64,000 bases of DNA from Octopus bimaculoides (taxonomy: Eukaryota), in assembly GCF_001194135.2 (NCBI RefSeq), contig NC_068988.1:14994107-15058106 (forward strand). The letters run 5' to 3'. A program made the translations under genes and the position numbers. Each line of letters opens with the position of its first letter. Within the stretch, counting starts at the first letter, position 1. Under the pieces are notes generated by a model, which did not search any database, was not told the origin of the DNA, and worked only from the letters and a program-made list of their open reading frames with translations. Positions 45,701 through 59,400 of the stretch are shown here, in pieces.

Positions 45701-47016
45701 AGCTTCAGGATAGTCTTAAAACTTACTTCTAATGTGTATATGCATACATGTGTATTCATGTACAGACAAATACTAACTTGCTGATATGCCTACAGATGTG
45801 CAAGTACACACTTCTGAACAAGTACAATCATAAACATTGAATGTTGTGCTGGAAAACACAGTGGATGTCAAATGACAATGATGTTCGTCTAAGCTGAAAA
45901 TATGATGACATCCTTTTGAATATAGCTATGTCAATACGGTTTGACAAAGTAGAGAAGAAAAATCATTCTATGTAGACTCAAAATTCAATACTGATATTGA
46001 CACAGCTGAGAAAGAGAGCCACAGAAATCGCAATGGAAGCCATCGTTTTTATTTGAACAGCCATGCAGTTTATTGAAATTATATCAAATGGCCTCACCCT
46101 AATGACGAGACTAAAATTACTGATATATCAGAAAATAGGTCAGCCTTCAATGAATTCTCTCTCAACTCAAACTGTTGTTCTACATTCTTTGTTTACAATA
46201 ATAAAATATCAATCTGAAAATTAGACATGGTTGGATATTGATAAGTTTTGAGAGAAAAGACAGAACTTATAAGGATTACACATAGAGTCAGAGTCTTAAA
46301 GCAGTTTTACATATAATTTATACAAAACTATATGTGATGTGTAAGAGCTGGCAAGCTGAAGAGTTGCACTAGGCTCCTGTCTGAGATACATACATATACA
46401 TATATATGTATATATATCACAGCCATGGCTAATGCTGGTGGCACATAAAAAGCACCTTTCAAGTATTGAGTCTGATGGTTGAGCTCCTTTCAAATGTTGG
46501 GCCTCACAGAGGCAATGACCGAGACCTTTCACATTACGTTGTGCTTGAGAAGAAAACCCATCAAGCCAAGTAAAATCACAGTCGTGGCAAATGCAAGTTC
46601 CACACAAATAATACCTGTGCTGGTGGCACGTAAAAACACCTTTTGAGCATTGGGTCTCACAAAGGCAATGACCAAGACCATTTGGCATTATGCTTGTCTT
46701 CAAGCATTGGGCCTCGCAGAGGCAATGACCAAGTCCATTTGGTATTATGCCATGCTTGACAAGAAGACCCATCAAGCCAAATAAAACCACAGTTGTGGCA
46801 GATACCGGTGTCACGCAAATGGCACCCATGCTGGTGGCATGTAAAAGCACCCATTACACTCTCGGAGTGGTGAGTGGTTGGTGTTAGGAAAGGTATCCAG
46901 TTGTAGAAACCATACCTAAACAGACTGAAGTCTAGTGTAGCCTTCCAGTTTGCCAGCCCTGGTCAAACTATCTAACCCATGCCAGCATGGACAACAGATG
47001 TTAAGTCAAATGATGA

Positions 47017-47051
<35 letters not shown>

Positions 47052-47816
47052 AAAGTTTCTGACTATCAAATTCACCCACAAGGCATTGGTCAGCCTGGAG
47101 CTAAATAGAAAACGCTTGTCCAATGTGACACACAGTGGAACTGAAACCAGAACCACATAGTTGCAAACCAAGCTTAACCACACAGCAATAATACATACAC
47201 AGGTATGTGTGTGTGTACACAAACACACACAACATGCACACATGTATGTATATAATTGTATATATCTGTACACACACACATATACAGGGCGGTAATATTT
47301 CCCCATGAGCAGACAAAATTTTTATTTAAATACTGCAAAAACAGAAAGAAAAAAAGAAAAATAAACGAAAGAATATGTTTTTCTCCTGAAACTTAGAAAA
47401 AAAAAGAAAAATGTTTTCCCCCTAATTGGATCATGAATGTTGCAAGACCAGAAGTTTAAGTTGAAGGTGAAATCAGTACACCTAATTACCTAGGTGGTAC
47501 CATTTCATTGCAATATTACATATATATATAGATATATATATATATATAAAAGTTTAACAAGAATTTGAGGCTAGTCCAAGACAAAATATTCAAGGCCACA
47601 AGAGAAAGAGAATGTGTAACAATACACCCATTAATCTGTCAGTTTTAGTGTCACTTAACTACCACAATGGTATGACAATATAATGCTGTTTTATATAACA
47701 CAGTTCTAAATCCAATAGTGAAAGGCAAGCTTAATGGGAGCTATTTATTATCAAATTATTTTGCACTTGAATGGCCAAATAATTACTAACAGGTGAGAAA
47801 TTGCTCAGCCACAAAG

Positions 47817-47859
<43 letters not shown>

Positions 47860-49126
47860 AATCAAAAGTAGTGTCTGTCTCTAGGAACAGCAATTTTATA
47901 ATTAGTATTATTCTGCCAAAGACTTTACAAGAAAGAAGAAAATGGTGATAGAACTCATTCTTCATCTCTAAACTACATCATTAATTGTCTTTGAAGTACA
48001 CTTACAACAGAATTTTTACAACACAGTCCAAAGTTGGATTCGTCATCATAGTTCTTTAACGTCCGCTTTCCATGTGGGTATGGGTTGGATGGTTTGACCA
48101 GAGCTGGCAAGCTGAAGAGCTGCAACAGTTTCCAGTCTGATTTCACTTGGTTTCTTTGATTGGATGCCCTTCCTAGCTCCAACCACTTTGAAGTGTGTGC
48201 TGGATGTTTTTAATGTGGCACCAGCACAAATATAACGTTTTTGCAAGCTCTTTCAGTTTCTGCCTACCAAATCCACTCACAAAGCTTTGGCCTGAGGCTG
48301 CATTAGAAGACAGCTGGCCAAGGTGTCATGCTGTGGGACTGAACCCAGAAAATTGTGGTTGGGAAGCAAATTTCTTATCACAGCCCTGCCTGCACTATCC
48401 ACACAATTTCAAAAAAAAAATTTTGTTGGTATGTGAATATGTATAAGACATAGTGTTATCAGTGAGCAGGTACATAATGATTGTGACACAAATCCAATAA
48501 ATTTGTCTAAGAGCTGGCCTTCTTTAGTTGTCGCTTACGTTGAGGGTTCCAGTTGATCCGATCAACGGAACAGCCTGCTCGTGAAATTAACGTGCAAGTG
48601 GCTGAGCACTCTACAGACACGTGTACTCTTAACATAGCTCTCGGGGATATTCAGCGTGACACAGTGTGACAAGGCTGACCCTTTGAATTACAGGCACAAC
48701 AGAAACAGGAAGTAAGAGTGAGAGAAAGATGTGGTGGAAGAGTACAGCAGGGTTCGCCACCATCCCCTGCCGGAGCCTCGTGGGGCCTTAGGCGTTTTCG
48801 CTCAATAAACACTCACAACGCCTGGTCTAGGAATCGAGACCGCGATCCTATGACTGCGAGTCCGCTGCCCTAACCACTGGGCTATTGTGCCTCCACCTTC
48901 TTTAGTAATACCCATACAAATTAAACATAGGAAGCAGTAGAGCATGCAAACATCTAAAAAAGAGGTTTATGCTGAATGGGACTGTATATCTGCATAGCTT
49001 GATAAAATAGTTTGCAAAAGGCCGTTTGAATTGCTTTTGTAGCTTTGTACCAATTAAGGATGCATAATATAAGTATATGTACTCATGTGTTGAGTGCTAC
49101 TTCTGTTTGTTCTGCCAAACCTATAT

Positions 49127-49161
<35 letters not shown>

Positions 49162-51158
49162 CATGCATGCATACATANNNNNNNNNNNNNNNNNNNNNNN
49201 NNNNNNNNNNNNNNNNNNNNNNNNNNNNNNNNNNNNNNNNNNNNNNNNNNNNNNNNNNNNNNNNNNNNNNNNNNNNNNNNNNNNNNNNNNNNNNNNNNNN
49301 NNNNNNNNNNNNNNNNNNNNNNNNNNNNNNNNNNNNNNNNNNNNNNNNNNNNNNNNNNNNNNNNNNNNNNNNNNNNNNNNNNNNNNNNNNNNNNNNNNNN
49401 NNNNNNNNNNNNNNNNNNNNNNNNNNNNNNNNNNNNNNNNNNNNNNNNNNNNNNNNNNNNNNNNNNNNNNNNNNNNNNNNNNNNNNNNNNNNNNNNNNNN
49501 NNNNNNNNNNNNNNNNNNNNNNNNNNNNNNNNNNNNNNNNNNNNNNNNNNNNNNNNNNNNNNNNNNNNNNNNNNNNNNNNNNNNNNNNNNNNNNNNNNNN
49601 NNNNNNNNNNNNNNNNNNNNNNNNNNNNNNNNNNNNNNNNNNNNNNNNNNNNNNNNNNNNNNCCATGCGAGTAAACGTTAACCAAGCTAACGTTTCTTAT
49701 TTCTTTATTGCCCACAAGGGGCTAAACATAGAGGGAACAAATAAGGACTGACAAAGGGATTAAGCCGATTACATTTATCGACCCCGAAAGGATGAAAGGC
49801 AAAGTCGACCTCGGCAGAATTTGAACTCAGAACATAAAGACAGACGAAATACCGCTAAGCATTTCGCCCGGCGTGCTAACGTTTCTGCCAGCTTTCCCCT
49901 CTATGTTGGCCCGCATGGGTAATAAAAAAACAGATCGCTATCTGACAACGAAATTAACACAAAAACAAAGCACCTTAATTAGTTAAGACAACTACAAAAC
50001 CAATAAATATTACACATTGTGTGGGTATTAATAGTAGTGTGATTTTAACTGTCAAATAACCCTAATTCCACTGTATGCAAAGACCGCCACGTAATCTCAG
50101 TAATCTTGTTTATTCTATGCCTCTATTTCAGCCCCTGCTCATTTTTGACCTTTTCTTTGTATTCTTCTGAAACAAGAAAGCCTACGTCTTCCACCACTTA
50201 CTCAGGTACCTCGAATTAACCATTTTACTGCTTAACGGTATCAGCCGGCCTTCAGGCTGGGACCAAAGCATGTGACCCAGCCATGACTATCTGCTCAACA
50301 TTCTCCCTTCATCTATATATGCTACTCTCATTATGTCTCCAACTAGTTTCCTTTCTCGCAAATCTAGCCATTAGATTCCCGAATATTCTTCAATTTGTCA
50401 AACATAACGAATAAATAAATTCTATGGGGACATATATTAAGGGTGTGCTGGGTGAGCACCGCACCGATAACCAGAGACGGATATATTTTCCTTCTTGATA
50501 ATTTCCTGTTGTTGCAATATAATACAATGTGAGTATTATTTCGAAAGAAGCGAAAGTAAAAAATACGCTCAGCCGGTGGTTTGGGTTAGGGTTTTTGTTA
50601 CGCCGAAAACGGGTGGTGTGCGTATTCTTTACCTCCGCCTCCAAGGAATGACTATAATCTTATCACAGTTTGCTTTTAAATCTAATAATACTCACATTGA
50701 AGTTGCATTATGTATTAAATATAAACTGCTTTTAAATCTAATAATAGTCACATTGAAGTTGCTTAATGAATTAAATATAGACTGTAGCTTAGATTCATGC
50801 CGGAGTAGTAAATTCGGCAGGGAAGCACTCCGTTACAAGAACTGACAATGCAAGTGGTAAATTCTGTATTGCTACTCAGAATTAAATAATTATAGCCTAC
50901 AACATATATTTAGTGCTTTTTCTCTGGTTTGAGGAAAAAAATAAGCGTGATGCGAGTGTATGTTTGTATGTATATATATATATTGAGAGAAAAAGAGAAA
51001 AAAATTACATGGATAATTACAATCTCAATTAGACAGGAAAATGCCAAAAATAAAAGCTAGTAAATTATAAAATTACCGTTTGCTAAATCATTTTCATTAC
51101 ATAAACAAAGAGTCAGCTGCACCGAAAAAATAAACAAAATTACAGTGTATGCCGCCAT
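37185..51158 (-). CDS. TXNDC12: Thioredoxin domain-containing protein 12 (ERp18, AGR family; whole gene, 7 coding exons, 159 aa)
   Basis: complement(join(37185..37249,39656..39739,40508..40568,41943..42016,43256..43308,45351..45411,51077..51158)) = 480 nt. Signal peptide, GWGDHIAW, HKSWCGACKALKPKFA, SPDGGYIPRILFLD, GNPNYKYYY and a C-terminal GEEL. Confidence 0.96.
37640..37900 (+). mobile_element. Old RTE-type LINE C-terminal fragment
   Basis: LLLIEQSQLQCYRHVVRKLQERIKRQILQAK*TSWRPRGRP resembles LRWFGHV.RM..ER..KQIL...RPRGRP. Confidence 0.5.
38870..39255 (-). mobile_element. HERO/NeSL-like non-LTR retroelement relic (restriction-like endonuclease C-terminus plus 3' UTR)
   Basis: KRKKYAELVELCQSNG*QARGNPIHVGFKELAGKSFCRVYNMQGIEGAGRLKAIKLTVEVVEVASR resembles the recalled HERO tail RK..KY.ELV.EC...GW.....PVEVGCRGFAG.SLC. 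Confidence 0.6.
39656..39739 (-). CDS. TXNDC12: TXNDC12 exon 6
   Basis: SNGDVMLDFFNEEGNPNYKYYYPAISQ. Confidence 0.94.
39974..40355 (-). mobile_element. SINE family B, alternative 3' tail
   Basis: GTAAAGAAAT duplicated at 39964-39973 and 40360-40369. Confidence 0.82.
40508..40568 (-). CDS. TXNDC12: TXNDC12 exon 5
   Basis: DDQDSKYSPDGGYIPRILFL. Confidence 0.96.
40631..41069 (+). mobile_element. Tandem dimer of piggyBac-type MITEs
   Basis: TTAA|CCCTTTAGCATT...AATGCAAAAGGG|TTAA|CCCTTTAGCATT...AATGCTAAAGAG|TTAA. Other copies at 1419-1638, 36370-36599 (minus) and about 54650-54845. Confidence 0.75.
41368..41770 (+). mobile_element. SINE family A copy
   Basis: Full match to family A. Confidence 0.8.
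41943..42016 (-). CDS. TXNDC12: TXNDC12 exon 4
   Basis: LKPKFADSEEIGELSKEFIMVNSP. Confidence 0.95.
42585..43036 (+). mobile_element. SINE family A copy (young)
   Basis: Full match to family A. Confidence 0.85.
43256..43308 (-). CDS. TXNDC12: TXNDC12 exon 3 (CGAC active site)
   Basis: NKSLMFILHKSWCGACK. Confidence 0.96.
44290..44790. mobile_element. piggyBac-type MITE containing a nested second TTAA-MITE (44353-44629)
   Basis: Inner TTAA|CCCATTACCT...AGGTAATGGG|TTAA inside outer CCCTTTTGATA...AACAAAGAGG|TTAA. Confidence 0.7.
45351..45411 (-). CDS. TXNDC12: TXNDC12 exon 2
   Basis: WGDHIAWHNLQDGLKKSKN; GTGAGT donor. Confidence 0.93.
46340..47020 (+). mobile_element. RTE 3' UTR with internally duplicated modules
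   Basis: Three GGGCCTC..AGAGGCAATGACC.AG.CC.TT modules and three CTGGTGGCA..TAAAA.CACC modules, ending in a (GAT)n tail. Confidence 0.65.
48529..48896 (-). mobile_element. SINE family B, alternative 3' tail
   Basis: 10-bp target-site duplication CTTCTTTAGT at 48519-48528 and 48897-48906. Confidence 0.85.
51077..51158 (-). CDS. TXNDC12: TXNDC12 coding exon 1 (signal peptide)
   Basis: MAAYTVILFIFSVQLTLCLCNENDLAN; phase 1 donor GTAATT. Confidence 0.88.
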
Positions 51159-53919
51159 ATTAATAACAACCCACACTAAAGGTTCCCTGCCTCAACAATG
51201 TCTTATAGAGACTGTGAACCATGTAGGAAATGTAGACCAGGTCTGAAATTATCGTCTGCAGTGAATATTAAATTAGATTTTTCTCCACCTTTTATTAATC
51301 AAGATATTTATTTCTCATATGTTTTCCATAATTTCAAAATTTGTAACTGATCTAAATATACTGTGTGGTTTCTCGTTCATTTACACTCACTTTGCTTTCC
51401 ATTCTTCCTTCTTAATCAAAAAAAAAAAAAAAAAAGCTATGATCATTAACTGGTGATGAATCTCCGTCGTTCGACGATGAGGATTCCGTTGCTTGTTCAA
51501 CTGAATAACCTACCTTTTAATTAACGTTTAAATGGTTGAGAGTTTTACAGCCACATGTACCTTTAACATGAGTCAGCACGACAAGGCTGTACTTTTTGAA
51601 TCATAAGTGCAATCCACCCGAAGGTGTCTGTACAGTTCCCATGCACTTATAATGGGAGCCAAGGTTCTGGATATCGGTTGAATATCGCCTTTCTTCCATT
51701 AATTTCTTATTCTTCGTGTTGCTTAAGGCTTCAGCAGTCGAGTAAAGAAGCATTAAGCAAAACGCAGGTTTTCCATTAGTTTTATTTACAATATATACAA
51801 AGGTACAAAGGTGTGGTATGTTGCTCTTTTGCAGCCATCTCAGGCGGTGTGAATTCATTGTTCTCCATTATGCGGGCCATTGCCTTAGGAGAATGTAACA
51901 AGCGGAATAGCCTAGAGGTTCAGCCAGTGAAGTGTGCTCTGCGAGCAGTCACGGGTAAAAGAGGAAAAGAGATCGAACCTCGAGGTTTCTTTCTTTTTAT
52001 AGTTTTGCCATCGCGAGCCTCGTTGTGAGCTCGTGCATGGCAAATGGATGCAGGTGAGGTCTTGCCCCAGTCTTGGAGATGGCAATGGCTGCCACGAGAT
52101 CTCATTTGATATGGCGCTGACTGCTTGTGCCACTACACACTCAATTACACCCAAGTATGAGTCAGTCCATGACTTTAGAAAATGTCATTTACCCATGTTT
52201 CCCTGACAGTGGGATCAAACCCTGGGCCTAGGGGTACCAAACAAACTTCCATTATAATCCCATTTCACCTTTATAAATCAGAGGGCATGTACATTTATAT
52301 AATAAAAATCACTATTTATATGCAGTTTATTAGTATTTATAGACTTATATGTGAGTGTTTGTTTATTTGTTCACTTAGTATCATTTTTTCGAAGTTAGCA
52401 ATGGTTTAGAAGAATACATATTGAAGCATTTATGGCTGGATGCCCTTCCTGTTGCTCACCCTTCTCGAGTAATGGATTTTAATTCTATTTCTCAGTTCCC
52501 TTCCTTCCTTGCTGCCACACCTGCCCATTACTTTCTAACAGCACCACCTATGCTGAACCCGGCCACTGCACCTTCCATTTTAGGGATCTTTTCTGCTGCA
52601 CCTTTAGTAACCTAATCTATATGCTCCAATGCTCCCTCTGCAATTTTATCTGTGTTGGACAAACTGGTTGCAGAGGATAACAAGGTTGTGGAGTGCCTCA
52701 GAGACATCGGATTTGGCAATGAACGGCTGGTCTCTAAATATTTCCACTTCACCAACCATTCTACCCAACATGTCTTAGTCTTCAGCATGGCTACCTCTCT
52801 TGGATTCTCTACCACTTGCCTCCAGAGGGAAAAGAAGCTCATTGTCTCTTTCCAAAATCACTTGCCTTTCAGTTAGAATTCTCCTTTTCAATTATTCTGT
52901 AGCAAGCATGTTCACAGTTTGACTCCTTACCTCTTGGCTCATCACTTGATGGTCGAGTCCCTCTAGCTTCATGCAGGTTGTCCACCCCATCCCATGACAG
53001 ACCAGCCAAGCGCACTACCCTCAGCTATATAAGGAAACTTTTTCTGCTATTTCTTCAGTAAGGTGAGTTGCACGATGGTGTTCAAATCTTCGGCAGAGAG
53101 CAGTTATTTTGCCAGCAGCCTCAGCTATTCCTTCACCACATTGCGTTGAACGATGTCATTAAAAAGTACCTTGAGACAACCCTTTACCTATCCAGGAAAT
53201 AAGACATTGTGGCACTGCTTGAATCGACATCAGACTTTTTACTGCTTCATTTGTTCTCTCCCTTCCTCCCTCTCTCTGTGAATCTATTTCTCTTTATGGG
53301 TATGAGGAGAGGGAAAGTGCTCATGCCAATCATGTTCAGTTAATAAACTGTGATGTCTCTATCTCACTCACTTTATCTGTAAGTGTATATTTCTGTATGC
53401 ACTTGCATGTGTGCGTCACCTCCTGGTGCCAAAAAATACTCTCGCCAAAACCAGGCTGAATACCCAGTAAACCATGCCAAATCACCAGCATCCTAACAGC
53501 TGTGCATGACTGTCTCGTTCCGACCTATTTGAATGTGGTAGGAGGAAGTCACTTGTCCAGGACATCTTGTGACGTTCTCCAGTCCCAACCTTATAGTTCT
53601 GGACATAAAGCTGGGAGCTTCTACCTGACATACTGAGGAATGGAAGATGACAGTACAGATTCCTTTCCATGATGCTTATTGTTGAGTCGGTTGGAATATT
53701 CCCTCAGTATCTGGATTACAGCTTATATCTTTTAAATTAGGACAAAGGCATGAGACCTGAGAAAGAGTCTCGGGAGGTAGAATATCTCATACAGGTATAC
53801 TGGTGGGTACTCTTCAAGACAGTGCTTTTACGATCTTGTAAGTAGAGGAGATATGTTATTCAACAAAGGGTGTGGAGTTTGTTTTGACGTCGTGTGCAAG
53901 ACAGAAAACTGCACTGGTA

Positions 53920-54420
53920 TGACTATGTGATGCGTATGAATGAAGACAATTGCATCAAGAGGTACCATCTCTCATTGTAGAGGAAGCATGTGGAAGGGGT
54001 AGGCCCAGGAGGAAGTGGGATAAAATGGTGAAAAGGATCTACAGACATTGGGACTCACAGTGGGGATGACAGGGAACCAAAACTCCTGGCGGTTGGCTGT
54101 GGTTGAAAAGACATGTCAAGCTAAATAAAAGCATGGTCGCCCTTGCATACAGGCTCATCCCCTGCAACCCTCTCCAGCTGAACATTCCTAATCTTGTGGG
54201 CTTGTAGGTGCTGAGGCTATGTAAAAAGCACCCGTACCAGTGCTGCATAAAAGCACCCAGTACACTTTGTGAAGTGGTTGGCATTAGGAAGGGCATCCAG
54301 CTGTGGAAACCATGCTAAAACAGACATGGAGCCTGAACAGCCTTTCAGCTGGTCAGCTCCTGTCAAACCGTCCAACCTAAGCCAGCATGGAAAACAGCTG
54401 TTACATGATGATGATGATGA
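53920..54420 (+). mobile_element. Degenerate RTE LINE 3' end
   Basis: Remnant of the GRGRPRRKWD motif, followed by the RTE 3' UTR and (GAT)n. Confidence 0.65.
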
Positions 54421-55647
54421 CATGTATTTGAGAGAAATATATGTGACTCATACACAAAATAACAAGACAGTTTATATAATGGCATGACATGTATACAAAA
54501 AATGAAAAAAAAAAAAAGATTTGATTCAAAATCTTAAAACAATGAAATAAAACAAAAAATAGAAAAGTATTTTTAAAAATTTTCAGGGAGATGTTTTTTT
54601 TCATCTGACACAAAAACTTTTCACTTAACTGTTTGATATTCACATTATTTCGTCGAACATAATGCTTATTTATTCATTTTGTTTTGACTTAATCAGGCAC
54701 TGTCTTGTAGTTTTGAGATTTTCATAATTTAACTGTTTATTTAAGAATGACATTGTAGGGTTGGTGTGAGAGGCCAGATCTGGATAGTTTGAGCATAAAA
54801 TAGGTAGAACATTTGGGCCAGATATGGCCAAAATGCTAAAGAGTTAAAAGAAAAAGAACAATAAGACAAGGTGATAATTAATCCCTCAAGTTATATGAGG
54901 AAAATTTATTTTACATATCACTAAAACATACATCTTTAAAAAACTTCTTCCATGTTTAATCTATGTGTAAAATTTAAAGTTTATCTTCAAAAGTAAATAA
55001 TAAAAATATTCAAATAAATGCGTATTGGTAGAATAAAAAAGAAAAGGCATAAAGAACTAAAAAAAAGAAAACCTAAAGCAGTCTGTTCGTGTAAAAAATT
55101 ACAGACTTGTACTACTGTTTAGCCATTATCATTCTTTGGTTAAGGTGATGAATTAGTTAGTTTCTTTCAGCTAAATTTAACTTAGCACATTATTATACCC
55201 ATTGGTAAAATAAATTACAATCATGTAACAGATAGTTGTTCTTTTCTCTTTTTAAAACTGAATATTTGATGTCAAAACTGGCAGAAAACTCTATGCCAAA
55301 AAATTGCAAGTCCAAATTAGCATAACCATCTAATCCCTACAGTAAGCAAAAGAAGAAAAAAAACCTTATTATTTAGCAAAATGGTCTGATAATTTTGAGA
55401 TAAATCTAATTCAACAACAATTGATGTTGAAGATATACAGTTTCACTATAAAGATCTAAAGAAGTAAAAAAAAAAAATGAGATTTAATAGATGGAGAGCT
55501 ATTATTTGAAATTAAAATGAATTTTTATGTTGGCTTGATTGTGAATACAGAAAAAAATATGCAGAGATATAATCTTTATAATCACTGGTCATCACAACCA
55601 AAATATGGCATCAGATATTTCCATGTAGAAACCAGACAGAAGCAGGA

Positions 55648-55719
55648 CTACTGGCAGGTATTGTAAGAACCACAGTCAGGACACTTCAGTCCTAAAAAGT
55701 GAAGGTCAACAACATTTTG
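55648..55719 (-). CDS. RCHY1: RCHY1 terminal exon
   Basis: QNVVDLHFLGLKCPDCGSYNTCQ then TAG. Confidence 0.94.
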   Translation of the reverse strand, partial: QNVVDLHFLGLKCPDCGSYNTCQ

Positions 55720-56273
55720 CTGAAAGAAAGAAAAATAAATTATTAAAATGTGCCTATATATAATGGGGTGCTGAAAAGTTTCTGGCTTTAAGGATATTGC
55801 AAAAGGCCCTAGTTGGAAGCTAAACCTTCAGATTTCTTTTACAGGGCTTAGGAAAACTGAAGGGCCGTTGCCATAAATGTGTGAATCTGAGAGGGGAATA
55901 TCTTCCTTCCATGTTGGCATGGTTTGGACAGTTTGACAAGAGCTGGCCAGGTAGAAGACTGCACCATACTTCTGTGTCAGTTTTGGCATGGATTTTATGG
56001 CTGGATGCTCTTCCTGACACCAGCTACTCGACAGAGTGGACTGAGGGCTTTTTACATGGCACCAGCACAAGTGAGGTCAGTTTTGGCATGGTTTTCACAG
56101 CTGGATGCCCTTCCAAATGCCAACAACTTTACAGTGTGGACTGGATGGTTTTTACATAGCACCAAGTAACTTGCAAGACAAGGAATCTTTGAGAGGGGAG
56201 GGGGCATTGGAGGAAGTGATCTTGTGTCAGATGATGAAAAGTTAGAGTGTAACAGACAGACAGAAACATAAGT

Positions 56274-56319
<46 letters not shown>

Positions 56320-56385
56320 NNNNNNNNNNNNNNNNNNNNNNNNNNNNNNNNNNNNNNNNNNNNNNNNNNNNNNNNNNNNNNNNNN

Positions 56386-56422
<37 letters not shown>

Positions 56423-59400
56423 GATCCTCCTGTATTTTCTATTATCAAAAGCCAGGAACTTTTCAGTATATAATATCAATATACATACAGATTATTAAGT
56501 TGTATTTCAAGAGGCTCATTTGCCAATTATAAACACAAGATACAACAGTATCTGTTGCAAACAAATGAGTTTACATCAAGAATCTTGCAAACCAAATACA
56601 AAAATGAAACGTATAGATTATAGATAAATGCAAAAGAGAAAACCAGAGAAATAAAGATCTTTGGAGTATAATAGTTGTTTAGTCACTGGCAAGGCCTGAT
56701 CATGAATGCCGATTATCAAAAGTATTCCAACACATGGCCATCTTGTCATTTTGAATATCAGGAACTCTATTGTCTAATATGTCCTTCCTTTCCTTTAAAA
56801 AACTGTAGAATTTAATTTGAGGTAGACTCAGCTGCTACTTTCATGCCTGGCTCTCTGTTGGTTATGACAAGTGTTCCAGTTGATACAATCAACCGAATAG
56901 CCTGTGCATGAAATTAATGTGCAAGTGGCTGAGTACTCCACAGGCATGTGCACCCTTAACATAGTTCTTAGGGAGATTCAGTGCGACACAGAATGCAACA
57001 ACAAGGCTGGCCCTTTGAATTACAGGTACAACTCATTTTTGCCAGCTGAGGAGACTGAAGCAACGTGAAATAAAGTGTCTTGCTCAAGAACACAGTGCAC
57101 CAGTAGGAATCAAACTCACAACCTTACAGTTGTGAGCTGAATACCCTAACCACTAAGCCACATGCCTTCAATGCTACCTTCAACAGATTAAGTGACTGCA
57201 TAAAGGAACTAGGGTTGTTAGGCTCTGTCTGTTTGTCTGCCTTAGAGATAAGTGAGCACTTAGGGCTGATGAGGATGTTTCTGATCAAGTGACCAGTTCA
57301 CTGTGTGCAGTCCATAAAAAGTGCATTTGATCATAAGGGTTACACGAGAAACTTCCAGAAAGCTTTGCCCATACTATTTGCAATACCTCACTGAAGTGCT
57401 TTTAGTAATACAGTTGGCCAGCAGGTAGTAGATAAATATGACAACAGCATCATCATAAAGAAAAAGACAATTGAATAATGATTATGTTCCGTTAATGTCA
57501 GAAAATTTTATCTTAATGGCAAAATCAAATGAAGGAGGGTCGCATATATGACCTTATTCCGCGGAAGATCTGAGACCGAGAGAACATAGTTAATTTCGAA
57601 CTGGGGATCTAGCTTGAATGTTGCAATTGTGTAGACTCTGCTAAAGGCACTTAAGGGCCAGGTGGTCATGGTAAACCAGATAATTGATTAGGTTTACTGA
57701 TTGAAGGTGCAAAGTGACATGGCAGAAGTTAGCAGAGATTGGTTGAGCAATGGCAGGTTTATGATTCTACTTATGTACTTGATGATCTCCCTAGTGCTGG
57801 TGCCATGTACAAAGCACCTGGTACACTTTGTGAAATCATTGGTGTTAGGAAGGGCATCCAAATGTAGAAAACAAACCAAAGTAGACATTGGAACTTCATG
57901 TAGCCCTCTGGCTTGTCAGTTTCTGTTAAACTGTCCAAACCAAGACTGAAATTTTTCAAGGAGGTGCCCCAGCATGGCCACAATCTAATGACTGAAACAC
58001 ACAAACGATAAAAGATAACAAACAAATGACTGCAGTATTACCTTATGACAATCACGGCAAAGAATATTTGTTTTGATCTCTTTATAATCCTGAGGCATTT
58101 CAGTATGTTTGACTTCTTCATCTTTCATTTTCCAGATTTGAGACATGTTCGTCATTGATGTACCACAGATAGGGCATGCAAAATGGCTGGAAAAAAAAAA
58201 AGAAAAAGAAGTTTCACAAAACGTTTGAGCATCATTATTGTTTTAATCTCTACTTTTCCATGCTTGCAGGAGTCAGACAGAGTTTACTGAGGCATATTTT
58301 CTATGGTCGGATACTCTGCCTGTTGTCAACACACATTGGTTTCCAAACAGGGTAATATTTTCCCATAACCAGACACACCTTTCACAGAAGACTGGAAACA
58401 AACAACATCACTAGTTTGAGGGTGACACTTCTCTCTCTCTCTCTATCATCATCATCTTCATCATCGTTTATATATATATATATATATATATATAAAGACA
58501 TAGCAAGAAGTAAAAACTAACTTTAACTCTCCCTGCCATGAAGCATCTTTGCTCCTGTCTATTGCTCTTTTTTCTCTTCATTACTGAAACCAACTCCCTC
58601 TTTTATCACTGTCATAACTTCTACCACCCATTGATATCCATCACACACTCCTATCTCCTTCTCTCTTCTCCATCACACTCTCTCACCTGTCACTCTGTCT
58701 CTCTACCATTACCCTCTGATTCTCTTACCCCACCTCCCACTCCTTGACTATTTGGATTCAGTGGACATTGAGTTATTAGCCTGGACTCCAAAATGTTAAG
58801 TTCACCCATACTCACTTTACCTAAACGTCCTACCTGGTGCTATGGAGATGGCACCAACCTGGACACCAGTTTGCCATTACATCTTCAACAAGAACTGAAG
58901 CAATATAGAAGTGACATCCATGACCCTAGTGGACAGCTCCTTGAGCAATTACCTGGTCATTTACTACTTCACTTCAGCATGAACTCTACCTTGCATAGAT
59001 TTGAACCAGTAGTGTAATAGCATATTCACTCAGTCATTCTATCCTGACATCACATTGAAGCATACACATTATAGACTACATTCAGGGAAATGTTGCCGTT
59101 AAGCAATCAATCTGGCTGTGATTTACTTGTGATAGCCTTTACTTTGAACTTCACAAATGGCCATCCTCTCTGCTAGAAGTAGCAGCCAAATTCCCCTCAA
59201 ACTTACCTTTATCATTTAAAAAAATGCAAGGACACATTGAATGATGTAGCCCTGAATACACATTGTCCAACATCAAGAAGAGCATCCAGGCATAAGCCTT
59301 AAGCTGATAGTGGAGTGCTCAACCACATGCAGAGTGTTCCACTGATCGCATCAACTGGAACACTCATTGTTGTAGCAAAAGGAGTGCCCAGCTTTTGATG

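Noticed and set aside
45673-45702. Candidate TXNDC12 exon 2 (LPLAKETKE) with a GT donor
   Set aside because: Weak acceptor and no GWGD..W motif; 45351-45411 fits homology and phase much better.
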